Shown here piece after piece: positions 1 to 23,172 of a stretch of 64,000 nucleotides of DNA. The DNA is from Trichinella spiralis (taxonomy: Eukaryota). The DNA lies in contig NW_003526941.1 in assembly GCF_000181795.1 (NCBI RefSeq), positions 3,312,178 through 3,376,177 of the forward strand, in the 5' to 3' direction. The notes beneath the pieces are model-generated. The model was given only the letters and a program-made list of their open reading frames with translations. It was not told the DNA's origin and did no database searches. The position numbers and the translations under genes were made by a program. Position 1 is the stretch's first letter. Each line of letters opens with the position of its first letter.

Positions 1-769
1 GAAAGATCAACTGACACTACCCGCCACACAGACATACGCCAGACGGCTGAATTACGCATTTAGAGTATTGGAGGGAAAAATAGGCGTTATGACGAATCAC
101 TGTGGACTAATCAGAAAGTGCTTTACATTCAAGAAACAGCATTTGTTTGTACGCTATCTTTTCGAAATTGCACTTCGACATTATTTGAACTTAAGCATCA
201 TATCGCATACAGATAACTTGTATAGTCGCTGTGCTGATCATACATACCTACAAATTTATACTGGCATAAATAATGTGAAAAATTACTTTTCTTGTCTATT
301 GTTTGTTTTTGGCTAACATTACACTTATATTTTTAATTTCTTTTAAATTTTTTTGCAAATTTAGAAATATAAAACAGGTTTTGATTGATTTTTTGTTCAA
401 CTGCGCTAACGACAGTTAACTTGAAGAAGTCTAGAGACTTTTTTTCTTGTAATGTAAAATTATAGTGTTAAATTTACATTTCTTTTATAATAAGATGAAT
501 AAATTATTACAAAATTAACAGATCCAACTTTAGCTTTCAACTGATAACTGCAGTAGCTTGAAAAAGTAAATAAATGAAAATACTTTCGAAAGAAACTTTA
601 AATTGTATATTACACTTCAGCGATAAAATAAATTCTTTACAATGTAAATTATAAATTTTATTTTTTGAATAATAATGAAAAAATTTTCAACAACAATAAC
701 AATTTCTATCGGTAAATTAAAAATGATTTTCAAGATCATTAACCCTGCTGAGCTTCAATACAGTAAGAA

Positions 770-873
770 CGCTTTTACGTTTGTCCTTGTTGCGTTGGCA
801 CGTTGTGTTCGTTTCTGTTTGCATTTGCGCTATTTTTTAATTTCAACGGAAGTTGATTATTGAAGAATATTTG
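770..873 (+). other. Candidate non-coding 5' exon of the PRRC2-like gene
   Basis: Strong donor TTG|GTAAGT at 874. Acceptors TTATAG/TTTCAG at 2369/2375 lie just upstream of the ATG at 2470. The 5' boundary is a guess. Confidence 0.35.
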
Positions 874-2469
874 GTAAGTTGTCCACCCCAGTCTTTTTTC
901 AGATCAGCTAATAGAGTTTGTTGGCAAATGCTTTTATAAATCATTTTCATTTATCTAACTGAGAAGGTTGTTAAAATTATTTTTGCTTATTTTTTTTAAA
1001 ATAGTTCGTTAAAATTTCAGACATTAAATCTAATTGAAATTATTCGAATGCAGTAAGCGCATATTTTTTAATATGAGAATAAAAATTCATTAGTTTATTA
1101 CGACCGTGGCGTTTATCGATTGTTGAAGCCATTTTTGCTAGTTGTTGTGTTGTAAATGTACCCGTTTTCTTTTAGTTGTTGTAAAACAGTTTACAAAGAT
1201 CCTTCTTATTTAAATTTAAATTTAAATTTTTACAAAGATATTTTCAAACTAGAAAATCTTGTTATGTCCATTATTATAGAAGTGTAAGCTTCCTGAAATC
1301 AGATGATTAGAAAAACTGTTACGTAGTGTCTTCGAAAGCTAACGTGCATGTTGTCATCATTACGTGGTTGTTACTACAATATTGTCAGAAATAGCTTTTT
1401 GTTAGTAAAAATTTTACTGTAGCTCCAATTTCATAAGTATTCAGTTTCTTGGTTGTTATCGAGTGTGAAAGCTGTTTGGTTTATTTAATATGAGAAACTT
1501 TTTGTTTGGTTTTAGGCATACTATCATTCTTGCGTCACAACATTGCTTTCTATTCATATTTCTGTTTTGTTATTTTCTTTTAAATTGCGAACATCATCGT
1601 TTGTATTTTTGTGAATTTGATTCTGGTAGGAACCGCCATTGATTGTGTTTTTGTTCGAGCTTAATTTTAGTTGATTTTTTTCACAGTGTGTTAGTTTATT
1701 TGTATATTATGTTGTGCATTTTTCACTTTCCGAAACTTCTAACATTTCTGTATCATTTATATGCTTCACATTCAAGACTTGTTGATGTAAATTTAATACC
1801 AGCTAATCCACTGGGATTTAATTTGAATTTATTTTCGTTATGTAACAGTAATTTTTGTTTAACAGTGTTTACGGCGGCGCTTTTGTTATTTGTTGCACAT
1901 TGAAACTTTATTTATCTTTATCATTACAGTAGCAGTAGGGTAGGGTACATTTATTGATTAGCAATTTCATTCCGATTATTAATTTTCTGCGAATTGATGT
2001 CATAATGAGCTTTTCATTCGATGAAGCAAATTGGTATTTTTTTTAAATGTGTTTGATCGATATTGCTAATCAGTTTTCAAGGTCACATACAGTATGCTAA
2101 TGAGTGGTATTTTGATTCAGAAACTCAGTTGATATGGTTTTTATTTTGCAACGTTCCGGAAGCTTTAGGTGGTAGTAGCCGGAAAAAGAAAAATTCAAAT
2201 ATGTTGAAAAATCGCGCATTGCAAAGCGGTTTTCTCGTTGTGACTTTTGTTTTGAAATGTCTACCTATCTTTTTTTAAATAAAGATTATGCTGTAGATTA
2301 AATAAAAATTAAAAAAATAGAAATATATTATTTTGAAATACAAATTATTTGTTTTTTTTTATTTATAGTTTTCAGATTTTTATTTGGACATTAAGGAGGT
2401 TGTCAAAAAGTTACATTTTGAGCAGTCGTATTTGTCAATCAATGTTGTTCTCTTCCCAGAAGCTTCATT

Positions 2470-10045
<7,576 letters not shown>

Positions 10046-12704
10046 TAAAGATAACACTCGAATTACGTTCTCTGTTAATTTTGCTATTTTATATACCTAC
10101 TTGTTTTGGTACATTTCGTGAGTGCGTTTTCATCCTGTGTTGTGTTATTTTATTCTTTCATCACACCAGCGAATGTCTGTGTAATTCAAATTGTTTTTTC
10201 TTCTATCTGTCATGTACAATATGCGATGCATTTTGTTCATCGCATTACTTCGTACAGTTTATAAATATGGAAGCACACGCGCACACAAAAGTACACATGC
10301 ACCCACATGTTGCATGCTTTGTGCTGTTATATTATCATACTGTATTGTAAAATAGTTTTGAAAGTTTGTTTTTTAACAATTTCATTCTGTTTTCCTATCA
10401 GCAATTTCTTCCTTTATTAGTATACGAAGAATTTCTGTATTGTGCATTTTTCTTTCTTTAATTTCAGCTGAGAAACGCGGAAGTCACCGTTGCAGGCTTC
10501 TGAATCATCATGTTCTTTTTTGAGCTGTTTTTCGAACGCAGGCAGTATCAACATTCATAAACGCGTTTACATGTTGATGGAATTTTACTCGTCGTCATTT
10601 CTGATATCAATTTATTATCATCATTATACCATCACATGCATACATTAGTACATATACATAGAACTGTGTTAAAATCGTGTACTTCGGTTCGTTTATTTTT
10701 TTATTCAATTTTTTTTATAAAATTCCACATGACAGCTGTCAGATGAAATTATATGAATGAAGTGTTTGATGAAAATGCGATGGGCAATGAGCGTTACGCA
10801 ATGTCGAACTTTGTTTGCTGATAATTTTGAAATTGCACAGACGAAGTTAAGTAAGAATGTCCGTAAATGGAAAATAATGTAACACATCAGTGGCTGCGCT
10901 TGAAAACCTCAGTCAGCTTATCTCGTTATTAAGAGTGTTCTGACCTCTTGATTTAAGTAGCATGAGCTGTCACAAAACGATACACTAGAAAATGGCAATA
11001 TTTTTAGCAAGCCAAATTTGTAATTTAAATTAATGAATACGATCGATAACATGAAAATAATAAATTCTCTTTTTGAATTTACCGTATACTGGTACATCAG
11101 GTACATGTGGATACTGTGGCATTTACAGCAATGCAGTTTTAGCGAAGTATGGATGGATGTGCGAGCGCCAGTGAACAGCGAGCAGGTAAGCCGCGAGCAT
11201 CTTTGTGCAACGAAGGTTTCAAGGTCTCATTCTCACTTTTTGTAAATTTATTATACCATTTATTAACGTAGTAATAGGCGCGTTTGTTCAAAGCACAGAC
11301 TAAGGAAAAAATAGCAGTTTTTTACACTGCCCAAATTTGGATATAAAACAACAGATTTTATCATTTCGAAAAATATGTTAAGTTGCTTTATTGTTTTTTT
11401 GATAATTACAGTTTGCGTTCAGTTTTCAACTATCTATTCAAGAGCTGTTGTGGATTGCATTACAGCAGAATCTATTTGAAGAAATCTTTGATTGTATTTC
11501 TCTTATAGTTGTATTTTTGTTAATTCTTATTCTCTGTTTACAATATGTAATATTTCAACAGGTACAAAACCTCACGGCAAAATGCGCACCTCACTGATTA
11601 CGATGATATGCAACATCGAAGTTTGAATTTTCATTGATGAATACCGTAATATAAAGAAAGTCAGGTAAAATTTTTGCATAATCATGCGTATAAGTTTTAT
11701 TTATCGATGAACAAATTCTGAATCAGTTTTGCATCACTGCATAGATTACGATTATATATTTTCATTATTAAGATATTGCTAGCTATAAGAAGATCATTTG
11801 TATTTATTAGTTCAGTGTCGACTGTTGTTGCACCACAGCTTTGTTTGATTTTTATCTGGAAACTGTAAAGTTTAAATAAGTAAATGCATATATATATTTG
11901 TGTGTGTGTGTACTTAATGGAAATATTTTCTTTTAAGTGAAAAGAATATTATGATGAAAACGTAAAGTTGTTCATTTTTACAGGGATGTTCTGGTCACTT
12001 CGATTCAAGAAAATATGTTTCGATCTATATGATTTTGCAAAAGGTGATGCATTTTATCTTACGCTGAAATTTTAGCGTTATTTTTTTTAGGAAATGCATG
12101 ATAATTTGTTCTCAATATTATTATTATGTATTTGATTTTATTTATTGTATTGCAATTTTTACAAGGCTTTTCTCATCAGTATATGATGCATTGTTTAAGT
12201 AATCACATGGTTGTGAATTTGAAAATAAGTTATGAGATTTAGATAACATTTTTTCCTTGCAGTGAATATTATTTTTTTCTAAATTTAAATGTTCGTCTAG
12301 CATCTAAATTCTCTCATTTCATAAGTGCAAAGTTAAATACTACTGGCGTCATATTTCTTTCTTATATTCTTTCATACTTCAAGTGACAGCTGCTTTATTA
12401 TATATATGTATATCAATCTCTGGAATACCCTTTAAGCCAATGAAATTTCAAAAGGAGAAGCTTATCAGTAGCTCTTGCAGAATATATGTCAAAGATTATT
12501 ATTGTTCATCGTTTAGTGGTTTACTCAGTTATCAAAGCAAAGCAATATTCAAATGAATAAATAGTAATGCGTAAAATCTTTTTCATGAATTTATAAAGGA
12601 AAGATGTGTTCAGACAGTGTTTTTAGGAACGATGAACACTGGCATGATTGTAGCTTCATTGAAAGTGGAAGATAGATTTTCAAATTGAAAGTTGATTCTA
12701 ACAA

Positions 12705-15700
12705 ATGGCTGCTACATTGTCGTCAGCGTCAAAAAAGCCAATTCGACGTGTTCGTTTTCTCAATGACGACAGTGGGTAAGTGAATATTTGTTGTCAATTT
12801 TTAAAAAAATTTTGTTAAAACAATAAGAAGAATGCAAGATTAAAATATTTAAAAATTCGTGTTGAGATGTCCGATAAGTGAAATGGAATTATCCAATTCA
12901 TTCCGAAATATAAACCTCCAGAAAATGGGTTAAAAAAGTAATGCAAATACTTTTGCTCTCGTGAATGCAATTTTTGCAATTTCCTCAATCACAGACTTTG
13001 GTGAATGGCATGCGCAGGCGCAGTTTTAAATTACAATTCAGGCAATTTTTGATTCTGAAGTTCCTCCTCTTCTGAGCTGCTTGATCACTGAACACAGACG
13101 TGCACAGCTGAAAGCAATTGTTTTACGTTGGTGTGTTTCCTGGTTTCATCAATCGTTCATCATCCCCTTGACGTTGCACACTTTTTCAAGCGAACAGACA
13201 ACAAGCTTTATTAGCTTATCATCTGTTCAAAATAAACAAATAAATAAAACAATACTGATGCTTGAACGAAAGAAGATCACCACCACTGTTTGGAGAAATC
13301 AGTGGGATTTCGCTTTACAAACGAACAATTCTATTCTTGTTGTGTTTTATGAAGCTGACTCTGTTTCTTTACTCTCTTTTCACTCACAGTTAAATTGATC
13401 AAAAAATCTTCTCTTTTCATGTCTTTATTCTCTTGGGTAAGAAATATCTTCCAAACTACGGGCAATGCCATCATCATTGTCGCATATTTTCTTTATTATT
13501 TGATAAAGTACGTTTTTTTTATTTATTTATTTATTCACTTTTATATTTTTAATAATAATAAGTGAAAATGCGCACATTGCTTAATATATAAATAAATCCA
13601 AGTGTTATAAATTGTTTAAAATGCTTATTTAAAAAGGAACATTTGCATGAAGTATATAAAAAATTATTACATTTAATGAATGAATAATTGTAATAGTTGT
13701 TGCGCGTATATTATTTTGGCATATGTAAAAAAGAGTAGAGGATTTGGTGAGAAAGCTTAACCGAGAATTTTGAACAGCTGCTATTTTTGAAGTTTACCAT
13801 TGGTATATTTGAATTTAATGTTTATTGAGATGGTAGAATGCTAATTAAAAATTTTAATAAACCGCTTTCAAGGTCACAATAAGAATACGATGCAGATTTA
13901 TATATATTCAGAAGCTTAGGAGTATTCAGAAAGTGCATTTATAACTTTTTATCTATATTGTTTTTTTGAATTTCTAATATTTCCAAAAAATTTTTGAACG
14001 AATTCTTTTACTTATAGATTTACCTTACGTGAATACGTATACTTGCAGTAGTATGATTTAGAATTTTAGTTCTGCATATTTATATGTTTTATTTGTTTGT
14101 TGCATATTCATAATAATAATAATGCAATTTATTGTGAAATTTCTGTTATTTTTTTTATTGTCATTTCTTAAAAACTGCTTATTTAGAGGTAGTGAAAGTA
14201 CAAATGTAGCGAATGATAACCGTAGTGATGATTATAAATCTTGCAAGTCAGGTGATTCTGTTACAAATGATGCTTTATTATGCCGATCAGGTAGTTCGGA
14301 GAACAGAGAACAAAAATGCAGCACGTCGGAATTAAAAGAAATACAATTATCAGTTGATGATGCAAATCAGAATATTACAATCAGCAGTAAAGCACCAATA
14401 GTAGTAGGTAATGTTGATGAAGAAGCGTTGTTTTATCCTGGTGGATTAGTTGATGGCTGTCACGGGGAAAACAGAAGGTCACATTCATTTAGTGGAAATT
14501 TAATTGGAAAAGAATTACTATCGAAAAGTGATGCAAAAAAATCTACAAGCCCACCGAGCGTTGTGATTGGACAAGAAACTGTTCGAATAAAATTGAATCC
14601 AAGATTTTCAAAATCGGTGCGATTGGCTTCAACTGATTCAGATGAATCATTATCAGAAGCGCAACCTTTACCAAAAAATGCCGCTACGGAAAGCACGATA
14701 TCCAATCCATCGATTATTGTACGTCCCATAACAAACGTTACAATGTGCAACGTTATAACGGACAAAAAAACGACTATCGTACATCGTCGGACAGAAAGTT
14801 TTAAGCAGAAGAAGTGCACCGAGACGTTATCTTCTGCAAAGTTGGTTTCAGTGGAGAAAAGTAAAGAAGAAAATCTTCCGGAACAACCTGTAAAAATAAC
14901 TACAGTACCGGTAACTTACATCAGCACTCGTCAACAATCTGCAAATGCTGCTGACGTGCAGGCGTTGCCAGATGAAGCATCTAGAGAAAGTGGATTTCAT
15001 ATTCCCAAAAGCCGTTCATTAAATGCTACAGCAACAACAACATCCGTAAGAACGATTTCAACTGGAAATTTGTCAGAGCCATTTTGCTACATATCAAAAG
15101 GTATTGTGAAGAAAATCTTTTTTCTTTTTGCACATAAAAATAATTCTAGATGATAGATTTTTAATACAGCATTTTTTTAAATGAAATTTTAATAATTTTT
15201 TACAAACAATATATAGATACATGTATATTCTATTTTAGATCAACTTCAACGTGGCGGAGTGTTTGAACAGGTGTGTAAGTGTTTTGAAGTTATAAGTTTG
15301 TTTAAGAAAAGCACTGCTTTATTAAATATAATCAGTTGTTTGAAAAAAGTGAATAACCGAAATATATATATATATATATTCATTAAATACATCATCAGTA
15401 CGGGATGTTGTGATTGCACGCGCAAATGACAATTGTGTTTGGCAATTTATAAGATGACACGCTCAGTGAAAACAACATCACTTCAGCTTTCTCTGATCAT
15501 TATTGAAAGTGTTTGTGCATATGTGTGAGCAGAGAGCATTCGAAAGAGATGCTAAGCGCCTGCTTTTAAATATGTGAAATGTGTTTGTGTTTTTTAATTT
15601 TCCCTTCTTTTTGCAAGCGTCTTGTTTTGTTAACTGTTGCCTAACAATCAACACCATCTTATCATTAGACAGGTAGTGTTTTTTTTTTAATTTTAATCTG

Positions 15701-17646
15701 TTTATTTGTTTGTTTCCAACAATATTTTGATGCTAATGCGCAGTTTTTTGGTTTAGCTTTCTGTTTGATGAAAATATTTAAATTTTCTTCTTCATATAAT
15801 AATAATGTGATTATTATTATTATTTGTAAATTGAATTTTATAATTATAAATGATTGTTGATGAAATAAATAGTGGATAATTTTAATTCTCAAGCAAAGCT
15901 GATAAAATATCTGTAAGTATTTTTTTCGTGTTTTTAATTCAAAGAAAATCCCTTTGAATGAATTGAATTGTTACTGTAAGACTTTTGAATTGATCACAGG
16001 TAAAGATTTACATTGAAAAAAAAACGAAATTTTAGAACAAAATTTTTATGCATTGCTGTTGCTGTAATGCAAACGAAGCATGTTGATCACAACAGATGAC
16101 GTCTTTTGCTTTATCACGTGTTCCATTACCTTGAAATTATTTTCCGCTGGCTTTAGTTAATGCTAATCGCTTTTCCGTTCTCTCTTGTTTATTTGCTTAT
16201 TTTGATATATATATATATATATGTATAAAGATGCAGTAAGATGAAGTATATTGGTAGTTGCTTGAAACTTCGTGGGAATTATAAAACGTAGTAACAGTTG
16301 TATGTTCTATTTTCAGGGAAATCGAATATCGAAGAATACTTCTGAATTCATTTCTGCAGTGCCACAAATTAGAAGAACCCAAGGTTTCCAAAAAGTAACC
16401 AGAAGCTGCAACACAAACATGGCTATGGCAATGGAAAGGTAAAGTTTAATAGCTGTTCAAAGTTTTTTTTTCAATTTAAATTACTTCTCCAAAAACGCTT
16501 CTTAAATAATCGAAAATCGTACTTGTAATAAACATTATTTGTTGTAAAGTGGAAATTATTGTGATTATAAAATGGAAGCATTTTAACTTTTCAGTCCTGA
16601 AAAGTGCCACCAACTTTCACGTTCTCTTACTTCGAATGCTCAAGCAAAAGAGCGGGGTGTGGAGATGTTCATGAAGCAACGTGAACGCGCAGAAAAATAT
16701 ACAATTGACGAAAATACACCGCGGCGTACACAAAGACCAATTTTAGTTGTTCCAGCGGCAAAGCCACCGCTTGTGCAGCCTTCAGCCGCTTTTAAGCCTG
16801 CTTCATTAATTGGTATGGTTCGTCAACTGATGTTGGGCGAAAACTCATTTTCATGTCTGGATCTCTGTTTAGACAGTGTTCGTGATGCCGCTGATCGGAA
16901 AGAGCTTCTTTACGAATTATCCAGCTATGGAAGTAACACGCCCGCTTACAAAAGAGCTGCAAGCTTAGGCCCTGAATTTAAGCGTATCGCCGATGCATCT
17001 CCGATCGTATTTCAAAATGTTTCCACTGTTCCAGCTTCTTCTTCATTCAACCTGAGCAAACAGATTCGTCTTAAAAGTGCTGAACCAACATTTGATAGTA
17101 ATACTATCGAGGGACAGAATCGTTCCACATTTTGTGTGAAAAATAACATTTCTGGTATGTATGTTTCATATGTTTTAATGAACTTTGTTATATCAAATTT
17201 TTATTTATTTATTTATTGCTATTTGAAGCATTTCAAAATTACCTATTTTAAAGGCATAAATTAAGATACAATCTACCATGTAAAATTATTTGTCATGAAG
17301 TTTTTTTGAGTGTAAATTTGTCATAAATAATATTAATATTTAACGATGTTTTCTTGAAAAGACATCGTGTAATCTAATATTGCATTGTGTTATTTAAACT
17401 TGTTCAGTACATGTTGATGTTTGAAAGTATTTTATGATTTGCACCTTTTCGTAGTGAAGTTGTTATCAGCTTCAAAAAATTTTTTATTATTTCGCAGATT
17501 ATCCAACCGAAAACGCAATGCAACCGCTTTACATTCAGTGCAATGACCGGTTTATGGGAAATACGTTTTATCCTTCCCCCAGGAAAAATTTCAACACACT
17601 GCCTCGCGGTTGGAAATCTCAACATCCTAAAGAGCGCATCCTTTGA
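12705..17646 (+). CDS. Calsarcin/myozenin-synaptopodin-motif protein (~595 aa) with N-terminal RVxF motif
   Basis: Exons 12705-12775, 14187-15100, 15239-15270, 16317-16438, 16595-16812, 16873-17154, 17498-17646 total 1788 nt in frame, with an in-frame TAA two codons before the ATG. It contains KCHQLSRSLTSNAQAKERGVEMFMKQRERAEKYTIDE and the C-terminal RKNFNTLPRGW, which resemble the two hallmark motifs of myozenins/synaptopodins. The gene structure is better supported than the family call. Confidence 0.7.
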
Positions 17647-17894
17647 AAAATGCTCGTTTAATTTTGTCCGTATTCATGGTATAATTTCAGTTTTTTTTCA
17701 AATCTGCTTTTGCTTTGAAAAGACAATCTTCATAGCATTTTTGATCAATTGTATTTTCATTTTGAATATGGAAGACACATTTTCATTTGTTATGCTTGTT
17801 GAAGGCTGATTTTTTCTTGCCTGCAGAAAAGTCGCATATGATAATAGATGGAAATGCATTTTTAAAGCAATCAGTATAAAATATATTCACAAAA

Positions 17895-17910
17895 AATAAA
17901 AGTTTTTATT
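17895..17910. terminator. Back-to-back polyadenylation signals between convergent genes
   Basis: AATAAAA-GT-TTTTATT gives AATAAA on + (17895-17900) and on - (17905-17910), between the stops at 17646 (+) and 18335 (-). Confidence 0.45.
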
Positions 17911-18064
17911 TATTTATAAATTTTAATATTTGCTTTATATTTATAACAAACAATATATGTTCTTTTAATGTTGTCAGGTAAGTTGAATACAAAAATGATT
18001 ATTTTAGACATCGACAACAGAAGCTAAGAATTGCATTTGGAAGCCAAGTTACAGTCTGAAATTG

Positions 18065-18098
18065 CAACAACAACAACAACAACAACAACAACAGCAAC
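18065..18098. repeat. (CAA)n microsatellite in the CaMKI 3' region
   Basis: Visible CAA tract with one CAG interruption. Confidence 0.85.
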
Positions 18099-18334
18099 AG
18101 GCGAACAAGTGAAATTGAAAAGCGAAGATCAATTAAAACTGGAAGGAAGCAATAACTGTATTTGATGATTGGTTTATCGAAATCTTTTCTGAAGTATGTG
18201 GATTAATAGACTTCATAATACTTTAAACAACAATATTCTCAAAATGAATCATCGAATTAAATGGCAAAAAATGAAAGAGACCGAATTAAATATACTCCGA
18301 AAAGAGCAAAATGTATTGTGGTGACAGAATCCTG

Positions 18335-22760
<4,426 letters not shown>

Positions 22761-22818
22761 CTATGTTAAATGAAAAACGAAAAAGATTTGTACAAGAGAG
22801 AAAGTAACAGTAACTTAC

Positions 22819-23172
22819 GATTGGGTTGGCTTTTAGTTCGCACGTAAATTATAATAAGCGTATCGATGATATGCGGATAAATTCGACGACACTCATTGAC
22901 CAAAACAGGAGGCACGTTAAAGAAATTAACGCTGCAGACCTTATGTATAAATGCCTGAAATGAGAGCCTGTTGGGTAATCAATCATGATGCGGAGAAATT
23001 GGAGAGCCAAATTTAATTGATGCCCAACGACTGATACGATACAAGGAAGTTTTAGCTCGTCATCACCGTGGCAAAGTAACGCAAACGCAACTGTGAAATG
23101 GCTTGGAGTTGGTTGTGTTAGGAGGATAAAAATCGATACACCAATATTCATTATTGCATCATACGTTGTCAT
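22819..23172 (-). other. Upstream exon of CaMKI containing a 107-codon upstream ORF (23172-22849)
   Basis: Donor ATC|GTAAGT at 22818 and acceptor ..AACATAG immediately before the ATG at 22760 define a 58-nt intron. The ORF-track 107-aa ORF lies in the upstream exon. Confidence 0.5.

Noticed and set aside
1..316. Open frames at the window edge (frame 2 open 2-316; + frame ending at TAG 63; short minus frame from ATG ~59)
   Set aside because: No recognisable motif and I cannot choose among frames or strands without flanking sequence.
11101..11665. Exon-like segments with donors at 11186 and ~11666
   Set aside because: The second segment has stops in all three frames. At most these are 5' UTR exons of the downstream gene, so I did not call them coding.
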